Below, one piece after another: positions 36,562 through 44,173 of a stretch of DNA of 64,000 nt; the stretch's first letter is position 1, and the number at the start of each line of letters is the position of its first letter. The DNA lies in the NCBI GenBank assembly GCA_964358895.1, contig CAYHPR010000002.1, positions 30,773 to 94,772 of the forward strand, given 5' to 3'. The notes beneath the pieces were generated by a model, which worked only from the letters and a program-made list of their open reading frames with translations, did no database searches and had not been told where the DNA came from. Source of the stretch: Candidatus Micrarchaeota archaeon (GTDB lineage: Archaea > Micrarchaeota > Micrarchaeia > CABMEP01). The position numbers and the translations under genes are program-made.

Positions 36562-37554
36562 CTATCGCGATGTTCGATTGGACTTTCACCCCTATTCCAA
36601 GGTCACCCAAGTGGATATACCAACACTGGTTGCGGCCCTCCACCAATCGTTAGATCGGCTTCAGCCTGCCCCGGAATAGATCACAACCGCTTCGGGTCAT
36701 ACAATAGTGATCAAACGCATTTTCATACGTCCCGCCTCGTTCAGCACTGCGCGGAATTGCTTTCGCTACGTCTTTCGACTCACCACTACCGTATACTCCC
36801 TGGCTCTTGATTCGAGAAGTACGATGCAACACTGGTCCATTTTCCTGGTCCACTGCCTTGCGACAGTTTGCTTCGGAAAACTTCGACCCTTTCGTGCCAC
36901 ACCAACCTGTAACCATTCAGTTTCAGGCTCTTTTCAAAGGTCTTTCGACCTACTTTTCAACGTTCGCTCACGCTACTAATTCGCTATCGGTCTTGGATAC
37001 TTGTTTAGGATTAGAGGTTGATCCCCCCAACTTCGTGCTCCATTCTCGAGGAGCACTACTCACATCGTTACCCTCCTTTACGTTTTGCTTACGGGACTAT
37101 CACCCTTTGTCGTAAGACTTTCCAGTCTACTTCAGCTCCTGTAAAGGATAGTTGTAACGCCCACATCCACTACATATTACTATGCAGAGTTCGGTTTGTC
37201 CTGTCCGGCTTTCGGTCGTCTTACTCACCGGATCCCAATTGGTTTTTCTTCCTTCGGTTACTGAGATATTTCAATTCACCGAGTTTTTGTCCATTCCTGG
37301 ACGCACAGATATCTTCGGTTCAACGTTCGCATGCAACTCCCCGAAGCTTTTCGCAGCTTGCCACGTCTGCTTGAAATCCAAGCCTGGCCATCCCCTGAAT
37401 GGCGTATTAACTTCTCACTGTTCTCGTGTCCTTCACTCAAACCTATAAATCAGCGTCACAGCACATTCTCATGTGCTCAGCAATCCTTTGTCCAATCATT
37501 CGGACAAAATCATACTTCAACGAAACTTCGACGCTATTAACGTCAAAGTTTCTA

Positions 37555-37769
37555 TGGACTCGGCGTGATTCCCGCATAAGAACCTATGGTTCTTATTATC
37601 TCCTAGGCAATTGCCTAGATCGTTTCGGTTTCGAACACGCAGCCTCCTCCTGTTTTGGAAACTTTTTTTGTTAAGAAGTTTCATCATCAAACCAGCCGTT
37701 TTTTGATGAAACTTTTTCTTACAAAAAGTTTCTTGCAAAGGAGGCGCTCTACCATTGAGCTACGAGCCC
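37555..37769 (-). tRNA. tRNA-Ala (UGC) in the 16S-23S spacer, with two introns (82 nt at 37/38: 37652..37733; 61 nt in the T-loop: 37569..37629)
   Basis: Exons GGGCTCGTAGCTCAATGGTAGAGCGCCTCCTTTGCA / AGGAGGAGGCTGCGTGTTCGAA / TCACGCCGAGTCCA assemble to a 72-nt cloverleaf with the G3:U70 Ala identity pair and T-loop TTCGAAT. Confidence 0.8.
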
Positions 37770-38281
37770 AGTATTAACACTTCAAGGTCCTTCAGTGGAC
37801 ATATATGCTCTGAATTTTTTAGAAAAAAATCTAACCAAAAACAAGTTTTGATCAAACTTTCAAGAAAAAATTGTTCAACGTTTGAATTAAGTATCAAACA
37901 ATTGACGTTTTTAACGTCAATATTTAGCAATTTGCATTGCTAATCAAATTAATTACGCACACGACTCTCACAAATTTTTATTTTCATAAAATATTGGAGG
38001 TGATCTATCCGCAGGTTCCCCTACGGATACCTTGTTACGACTTAGCCCCCCTCATAAAAATTTGGTTCGAGGCTACCAATTTCTCAATAGCGCCTCACCA
38101 GACTCTCACTTGGGTGACTTGACGGGCGGTGTGTGCAAAGAGCAGGGACCGATTCACCGTACGATTGTGACATACGATTACTAGGGATTCCAGCTTCATG
38201 AGGGCGAGTTTCAGCCCTCAATCCGAACTTAGACTAGGTTTCGGGGATTAGCTCCACCTTTCGGTGTGGCAACCCATTGTC

Positions 38282-38911
38282 CTAGCCATTGTAGGCCACG
38301 TTAGGCTCTCGCGAGGTAAATTTAGGATGATAAGTATAAATTTTACGAAAATAAGCATCAGTATTATTGAAACCATTTATTTGGAGTCCATACATTTTGC
38401 CTGAATTCCAAGTAGAGAATTTCAATCCTAGATCTTTCAATAGGAAAGCCAGTTCATCTCTTATTGTTTTATTTACTACATGCATTGCAATTCTTGGATA
38501 GATGTATGTTCTTCTTTCTTTTTTTACTACTTTTCGTGTGATGCAACCTTCTGCATCCATCCACCCTCCAATATACGATGCCTTAGTTTTACTTCCTGAA
38601 TTCATGATCCATTCTGGCGTTTTCATTTGAAAAGTTTTCGTCCTTCCTTCAGGAACACCCAGTTTAATCAAGAAATTGTAGAGTTTTTTCGACCAAATTC
38701 TTATTCTATAACAAATATTACCTAAAGCAGTTTTCATCACATAAATTTTTGCTTTTATGTTCAACGTTTCTTCAAATAGTTTTGTTACAGTTTGTAAAAA
38801 TTCGAAAGAAGGATCTACAATATTGATTTCATAGTTACCTTTTCCATCTTTTGAAAGGCTTCCGTCGCCCCCAATTAGACCTACCAAATAAGCCAAAGAT
38901 TTTCTTTTCAT
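38282..38911 (-). CDS. LAGLIDADG homing endonuclease (double-motif), intron-encoded in 16S
   Basis: Motifs LAYLVGLIGGDGSL and ASYIGGWMDAEGCI. The ATG (MKRKSLAYL) is at 38911. The frame is open over the entire intron, and the last 6 codons lie in the exon. Confidence 0.85.
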   Translation of the reverse strand: MKRKSLAYLVGLIGGDGSLSKDGKGNYEINIVDPSFEFLQTVTKLFEETLNIKAKIYVMKTALGNICYRIRIWSKKLYNFLIKLGVPEGRTKTFQMKTPEWIMNSGSKTKASYIGGWMDAEGCITRKVVKKERRTYIYPRIAMHVVNKTIRDELAFLLKDLGLKFSTWNSGKMYGLQINGFNNTDAYFRKIYTYHPKFTSREPNVAYNG

Positions 38912-38992
38912 TATCTTTGTCAAATTTTTGTAGTTTTTAAAGGTTATGAGACACCTAACAACCGGTGATCCTAAGGATATTTTACCTCGCAA
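38300..38992 (-). other. 16S insertion 1 (693 nt) with LAGLIDADG ORF, splitting GGGCTACAC|GTGGCCTACAATGG
   Basis: Intron termini are complementary (CTCGCGAGGTAAA / TTTACCTCGCAAG). The exons rejoin to the archaeal GGGCTACACGYGGGCTACAATGG block. Confidence 0.75.
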
Positions 38993-39015
38993 GTGTAGCC
39001 CGGGAGATTAGGGGC

Positions 39016-39145
39016 TTTAGCCGTCGATAGCAGTGTAAATATAACAACTGCCTGCCGGCTCCCAAAAATCTTTGGCTAACATGTTCTGCGACATATTTGT
39101 GCAAAGTGCTGTGTTTAATGTGGTGTTGTGATACCACTATCGACG
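39016..39145 (-). other. 16S insertion 2 (130 nt, ORF-less) splitting ..GGTCAGTATA|GCCCCTAATC.. (E. coli CATCATG|GCCCTTA block)
   Basis: Terminal inverted repeat GTCGATAG..CTATCGAC. The flanks rejoin to GGGGCATACTGACCTACCGTCGCC-like conserved sequence (plus-strand view). Confidence 0.65.
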
Positions 39146-39259
39146 TATACTGACCTACCGTCGCCCTCTCCTTCCTCTGTTTTAACAACAGCGGTTCCTT
39201 TAGAGTGCCGCTTCCCCGGAGGAAAACGTTGCAACTAAAGATGAGGGTCTCGCTCGTTT

Positions 39260-39848
39260 CCAGACTCAATGGTAACGCCACAAAAGAAATAAGCATGATT
39301 AATGTTTAGTTTTATTTTCAGATTTTTCAGGTCTGTATTTTATTAATGAAAGAAAATTTTCAACGTCTCTGATCCAGAGATCTTTTCCCTTTCGTTTAGT
39401 ATAGAACCCAAGATGTTCAATCAGTAACTGATCTTGGAAGTTTGTGTTATGAATAATACTTCCATCTCCGTCTGATATGTACATCCCCCTTAGAAAAGAT
39501 GCGGATAAATTATTTTTTCTTCCAAATATCTCATTTTGATTTTTTAGAGTGTTTAAGAAGAAAGTCTTAATTTTGTGATGAGAGAACCAGATAGCTCTAT
39601 CTTCACTTACAATCTTTTCAGGAGGAACTAATCTAAGTTTGAGAACCATTTCGACAAATTTTTCTTGTTTATCAAAATTTCCAAATACTCCTACACTCTG
39701 ACGAGTACGTCTGAGTTTCCAGAATCCGATAAATTCTGCTAATTCGTTTGTCAATTTTAATTTCATATTCTCATCTTAGTTGTTTAGTTCTTTATTCTTT
39801 CTTTTTGTTTCTTTTGTGGACATTCACCAAAGAGTTTACTGGACTTAA
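39260..39848 (-). other. 16S insertion 3 (589 nt) with a short LAGLIDADG-like ORF, splitting GGTTAAGTCCAG|AAACGAGCGAGACCC
   Basis: The flanks rejoin to the universal GTTAAGTCC.GCAACGAGCGCAACCC block; the boundary is known to within a few nt. Confidence 0.7.
39299..39766 (-). CDS. LAGLIDADG-like protein, short (155 aa), first motif degenerate
   Basis: The second motif FLRGMYISDGDGSI is intact. The N-terminal LAEFIGFWKLRRT occupies the first-motif position but lacks the acidic residue. Confidence 0.65.
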   Translation of the reverse strand: MKLKLTNELAEFIGFWKLRRTRQSVGVFGNFDKQEKFVEMVLKLRLVPPEKIVSEDRAIWFSHHKIKTFFLNTLKNQNEIFGRKNNLSASFLRGMYISDGDGSIIHNTNFQDQLLIEHLGFYTKRKGKDLWIRDVENFLSLIKYRPEKSENKTKH

Positions 39849-40208
39849 CCAGACAGCTCACGCCACGAGCTGACGATGGCCATGCACCACCTCTCGGCTC
39901 GTTAGGTAAGATCTTTAGTCTGACCTTCATCCTGCCGTCGCTCCCGGTAATATTCCCGGCGTTGAATCCAATTAAACCGCAGCCTCCACCCCTTGTGGTG
40001 CTCTCCCGCCAATTCTTTTAAGTTTTAAGCTTGCGCTCGTACTCCCCAGGTGGCAGACTTAACGCTTACGCTACGGCACTGCCAATCCTCGAAGGAAAGG
40101 CAACACCTAGGTCTGCATCATTTACTGCTAGGGCTACATGGGTATCTAATCCATTTCGTTCTCCTAGCCTTCGCACCTCACCGTCAGACATGTTTTAGCC
40201 AGACGCCT

Positions 40209-40260
40209 AAACGCTTTCTTTCAGTTTCTTTGATGAAACTTTTCTTTTAGAAAGAAAGTT
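40209..40260 (-). other. 16S insertion 4 (52 nt, ORF-less) splitting GGCGA|AGGCGTC
   Basis: The flanks gacgcct / tcgccgc rejoin to the conserved GCCTTCGCC block. The insert is an AT hairpin containing AAAAGTTTCATCAAAGAAAC (RNA sense). Confidence 0.7.
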
Positions 40261-40467
40261 TCGCCGCTGTGGGTCCGTACAGGATTAACGGATTTTACTC
40301 CTACTCTATACGTACCTCTGGCCCCCCCCATTCTCAAGCTCGGTAGTACTCTCTGCACGCCTTTCGGTTAAGCCGAAAGATTTCACAGAGAACACGCCGA
40401 ACCGGCTACGTGCGCTTTAAACCCAATATACGTGGATACCACTCGGGCTGCCGGTATTACCGCGGCT

Positions 40468-40512
40468 TCCAGTTTCATTACGATGTAAAACGTGTAATTT
40501 CGTAAGGAAATG
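40468..40512 (-). other. 16S insertion 5 (45 nt, ORF-less) inside the universal GTGCCAGC|AGCCGCGGTAA (515-533) block
   Basis: attaccgcggct[45 nt]gctggcac, with an internal TTACGA..TCGTAA hairpin. Confidence 0.75.
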
Positions 40513-41224
40513 GCTGGCACCGGTCTTACCCAGCCCTTATTCTATCTGCTATTTACACAAATCAAAAGACCCTCTAAAAGAGGATCACTCGGAATTTCTT
40601 TGTCACGCTTTCGCGCATTGCAAAATTTTCGCGCCTGCTGCATCCCGTAGGACTAGGGCCCTTGTCTCAGTGCCCTTCTGGGGGCTCCAACTCCCATTGC
40701 CCCTACCGATAATCGGTTTGGTGAGCCGTTACCTCACCAACAGCCTAATCGGCCGCAGTCCAATCGTTAAGCCCACACCATACAATTCTGGTGCAGATTT
40801 CAGTCAGGAGGCGTTCCAGATCTCCAGACCTATAATGTATTATCCTCAATTTCTCGAGGTTATCCACTTCTAAACGTTATGTTGACCACGTGTTACTCAG
40901 CCGTGTGCCACGACTCCATAAGAAGTCGTCGACTTGCATGGCTTAGCCAAATTCCGATAGCAGTACCCTCCAGCAAGATCAACTGGAATTACGTCGATGT
41001 TTGTCGACGAGTATATTTATTTCTGTATGTTTTGACGAGCTCAAACGCTGTTGCTAACTTATCAGTTAGCGGTCGAGCACATATGTCCCTTGCTGAACCT
41101 TGAAGTGTATATCGAATCCAAACTTACGTCTTGGATTCTCATGGTAATAGTGTACGCTGCAGTGGAAACATGCAATTCATTGCACGAGAAAAAGACCCGT
41201 ACTCCTCTTGGCCGTTCTACAGCT

Positions 41225-41232
41225 TATTTAAA
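41225..41232 (-). promoter_or_regulatory. TATA-box-like element (TTTAAATA) upstream of the rRNA operon
   Basis: Minus-strand TTTAAATA lies about 240 nt upstream of the 16S 5' end; a second ATTTAAAT is at 41246..41253. Confidence 0.3.
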
Positions 41233-41450
41233 CATGCCTCTCAAGATTTAAATACTTTTCGCAGATTGAGTTTTGTGCACGTTAGAATTATTTAACTAAA
41301 TCGAACGTCTATCTGAGACAGCATTATATCCTATCACTGTTGATCAATCAAATGTTTTTGAATAATATAACTGTGTTCTCAAAATACTCTACAGTTAATT
41401 GGCAGAAAAATAGGAACAAATATTTAAATTGTAAACTCCTTCTAATAAGC

Positions 41451-41645
41451 ATGAAAACCTTTAGAATAAATTTCAACAGAGAAGCATGCATAGGCTGTGG
41501 TTCCTGCACTACTGTTTGCAGTAATTGGGTTATAGACGAAAATAAAGCTAAGCCAAAGAAAATTGAAATTTCAGAAAAAGAACTCGAAAATAACAAGGAA
41601 GCGGAAGAGCTGTGTCCCACTGGCGCTATCAAAATCGAGGAGTAA
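41451..41645 (+). CDS. Small 4Fe-4S ferredoxin-domain protein
   Basis: CIGCGSCTTVC ... CPTGAIKIE. The start is placed at the internal MKTFRINF of ORF 41340..41645. Confidence 0.7.
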   Translation: MKTFRINFNREACIGCGSCTTVCSNWVIDENKAKPKKIEISEKELENNKEAEELCPTGAIKIEE

Positions 41646-41650
41646 ATTAA

Positions 41651-43324
41651 ATGAAAACAATTCCTGAAACAAGCAGAAGTACTAAACGTTCAAAAAAATC
41701 TCTTAAAATATTGTTAGTTGTTCCGCGTTATAATCTTACAAATAAAATCGATTACAACTACACGTTTCCCTTGGGTCTTGGATATATCTCATCTACGGTG
41801 AAAAATGCCGGATATGATGTGTCTGTCTTAAACCTGAATCACAATAACGGAACAATCGCAGAAATAATGAAAACGGAATTGGATAAACAGGACTACGATA
41901 TCATAGGCACTGGACATACAGGTATGGGGTATTCTGTAATCAAAAAGACCACCGAATTTGCGAGGGAACACAAATCAAAACCAAAGGTTATCATCGGGGG
42001 AGCAGTCATAACTCCAGATCCAGAAACAATGTTTGGGGCACTTAAACCAGATTATGCAGTTGTAAGCGAAGGCGAGAAGACAGTTTTAGATCTATTAGAG
42101 TGTATCGAAAATAACGGAGATCCAAAGGACGTGAAGGGCATTGTTTACAGAAACGAATCTGGAAAAATTTCTATTACGCCTCCAAGAGAGCCCATAGAGG
42201 ATATCGATGCCATCCCAGCCCCTGATTTTGAAGGTCTTGGTTTCAAAGAATTTTTAGACCATCAGTATACAAACAGGTATTATTACAACAACCAGTTTGA
42301 TTATCCAAGAACGTATCCCATGCTCTGCAGTCGCTCCTGTCCTTTTCAGTGCACATTCTGTTATCATGCAATAGGGACTAAATATCGGGAGCGAACAATG
42401 GCAAACATAACGGAGGAACTTGAACATGCAGTTACAGCGTATAAAATAAACATGGTAAACTTGTATGATGATTTGTTCTCTTACAAGAAAGAAAGAGTGT
42501 ATGAATTCTGCAATCTTATCGAAAATTTGCGTGAAAAAGTTGGATGGGAAATTAAGTGGACTTGCCAACTTGCAGTAATAACTGTTGATAAAGAGATGTT
42601 AAATAGGATGAAAGAATCTGGATGCGATATAATAAGTTACGGTTTTGAAAGCTACAGTCCGGAAGTACTCAAGAGTATGCGAAAACCGATAACTCCACAG
42701 CAGATCGACAGCGCATTTAAATCTACAGTTGAAGCGAAAATGAGTGTTCAGGCAAATTTTATTTTCGGAGATCCTGCTGAAACAAAAGAAACTGCAAAGC
42801 AAACACTAGATTACTGGAAAAATAACTGTGAGGGACAAGTGTCTTTATTATTTATTCAGCCCTATCCGGGCAGTGCAATACACAAGTTGTGTCTAGAAAA
42901 AGGACTTATAAAAGACAAATTACATTATGTAGAAAACGACATGAATAGAACGGTCATATTCAATATGACAAATAACATGACCGACAAAGAATTAATCGAG
43001 CTAAATGAGGAAATGCAAAAACTAAGGATGCAATATGGAAAATTCGTAATCCCGAAACATGTTAAGCGTATCGATGGTCAAACAGACGAAGCAAGATATG
43101 AGGTAAACGTACAATGTCCGTTCTGCAAGGACGATCTTGTCTTTAAGAATTTTTATCTTCAGAACGAATTGATGTATCTTTCATATATAATCTGCAGGAA
43201 CTGCAATATGCGCTTCAATGTATTGAGTCCTCTAATGAAGCTATCAAAAGATATCTATTTTCTACCGCTTATAGAAAAATACTATAGACAAGTAACAAAA
43301 ATCCTTTGGAAGAATATAGAATGA
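41651..43324 (+). CDS. B12-binding-domain radical SAM enzyme (class B rSAM)
   Basis: N-terminal Rossmann-like cobalamin-binding region, CSRSCPFQCTFC (CxxxCxxC), and a C-terminal Cys cluster CPFC..CRNC. Confidence 0.85.
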   Translation: MKTIPETSRSTKRSKKSLKILLVVPRYNLTNKIDYNYTFPLGLGYISSTVKNAGYDVSVLNLNHNNGTIAEIMKTELDKQDYDIIGTGHTGMGYSVIKKTTEFAREHKSKPKVIIGGAVITPDPETMFGALKPDYAVVSEGEKTVLDLLECIENNGDPKDVKGIVYRNESGKISITPPREPIEDIDAIPAPDFEGLGFKEFLDHQYTNRYYYNNQFDYPRTYPMLCSRSCPFQCTFCYHAIGTKYRERTMANITEELEHAVTAYKINMVNLYDDLFSYKKERVYEFCNLIENLREKVGWEIKWTCQLAVITVDKEMLNRMKESGCDIISYGFESYSPEVLKSMRKPITPQQIDSAFKSTVEAKMSVQANFIFGDPAETKETAKQTLDYWKNNCEGQVSLLFIQPYPGSAIHKLCLEKGLIKDKLHYVENDMNRTVIFNMTNNMTDKELIELNEEMQKLRMQYGKFVIPKHVKRIDGQTDEARYEVNVQCPFCKDDLVFKNFYLQNELMYLSYIICRNCNMRFNVLSPLMKLSKDIYFLPLIEKYYRQVTKILWKNIE

Positions 43325-43356
43325 AGTGCGTTTATAGACGACTTAAACTAGATGAT

Positions 43357-44130
43357 TCAATCGATTTTTTTGCAAATAATACTAATGCTCTGAGCAAAAG
43401 GAAATTCTATATGTTTTTCTATATCAACCATAAAAGAAAACGCATTCAATAGGGGCATCACAACCCTAGCGGGTCCGCCTCCGAAAGGTAAAATATCAGA
43501 ATTCCTTATCGAGAGAACTTTGTATCCTGTTTCTTTCAGCAATCTCAAAATAGTTCCTCTGCTGAATCTTTTTTTATGAGCAAATCCATTGAAAAAAAGT
43601 TGTGCTACAACTTCCTTATACGAATATTTATTAGGCAAATTGAAAATAAGTAGAACGCCGTCCTTTTTTAAAACACGTCTTATTTCTTTGAGAAAGAGAG
43701 TCTCTATATCATAATCCTTGCGATCTTCAGCTACGTGTTCCAGTACTCCAAACATTGTTATTGCATCGAACATTCCATTCTTAAACGGTATTTTTGAGCC
43801 ACCATATTTCTGAAACTTGATGTTAAACCCATATTGATTGCAAGTTTTCCATACTTTTGAATCTTGAATATCAATCCCGTATAATCCTGCACCAGGAAGT
43901 TGCGACCTTATCAGAACAAGCGAATATCCTGTACCACATCCTATGTCAAGCAAGCTCTTCGGTGCGAAACCTTTAATTTTTTCTATGTATGCTGAACGCA
44001 CTTTTAGGTTGCTTTTACTTTTAATAACATTACTTCGCCAATCTCCTTCTACTTCTTCGTATTTCTTAAGAAATTTTACTACTTTAGGATCAGAAAACAT
44101 CGGATGTACGTTCATAAATTCCTTTGTCAT
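43357..44130 (-). CDS. Class I SAM-dependent methyltransferase
   Basis: LLDIGCGTGYS motif I; FDAITMFGVLEHV. Confidence 0.8.
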   Translation of the reverse strand: MTKEFMNVHPMFSDPKVVKFLKKYEEVEGDWRSNVIKSKSNLKVRSAYIEKIKGFAPKSLLDIGCGTGYSLVLIRSQLPGAGLYGIDIQDSKVWKTCNQYGFNIKFQKYGGSKIPFKNGMFDAITMFGVLEHVAEDRKDYDIETLFLKEIRRVLKKDGVLLIFNLPNKYSYKEVVAQLFFNGFAHKKRFSRGTILRLLKETGYKVLSIRNSDILPFGGGPARVVMPLLNAFSFMVDIEKHIEFPFAQSISIICKKID

Positions 44131-44173
44131 ACTTATAATTTAAAGCTTATGCGCCGAAACGATAAATGAGAAT

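Larger units (their letters stand above)
33040..37420 (-). rRNA. rrl: 23S rRNA gene, interrupted by about five insertions (ends within about 20 nt)
   Basis: Reverse complements of universal 23S blocks are present. These include GCTGAAAGCATCTAAG-like at 33165, the sarcin-ricin AGTACGAGAGGAAC at 33250, GGTAGCG..AAGACCCCGTGGAGC at 34370-34520, GGGGTAGAGCACTG at 35620, and the 5' GGATGGCCAGGC..GACGTGGCAAGCTGCGA at 37340-37393. Confidence 0.9.
37995..40989 (-). rRNA. rrs: 16S rRNA gene, interrupted by five insertions
   Basis: Reverse complements of universal blocks are present. These include the 3' end GATCACCTCC (37996-38005), GGTTACCTTGTTACGACTT-like at 38024, ACGGGCGGTGTGTGC at 38121, GGGTATCTAATCC at 40140, TTACCGCGGC..GCTGGCAC at 40457-40520, and the 5' end ATTCCAGTTGATCTTGCTGGAGG (40967-40989). 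Confidence 0.92.

Noticed and set aside
36650-38122. Cluster of overlapping ORFs (36650..36916 to 37937..38122) on both strands
   Set aside because: They cover the 5' domain of the 23S, the spacer tRNA-Ala and the 16S 3' end. They are mutually overlapping in several frames, and none has a recognisable motif.
38982-39296. 104-aa ORF between the two 16S LAGLIDADG genes
   Set aside because: It translates 16S exon sequence plus the 130-nt ORF-less insert; it is not a gene.
40050-41251. ORFs 40050..40250, 40670..40873, 40879..41103 and 41051..41251
   Set aside because: They lie antisense within the 16S 5' half and the rRNA leader and promoter region.
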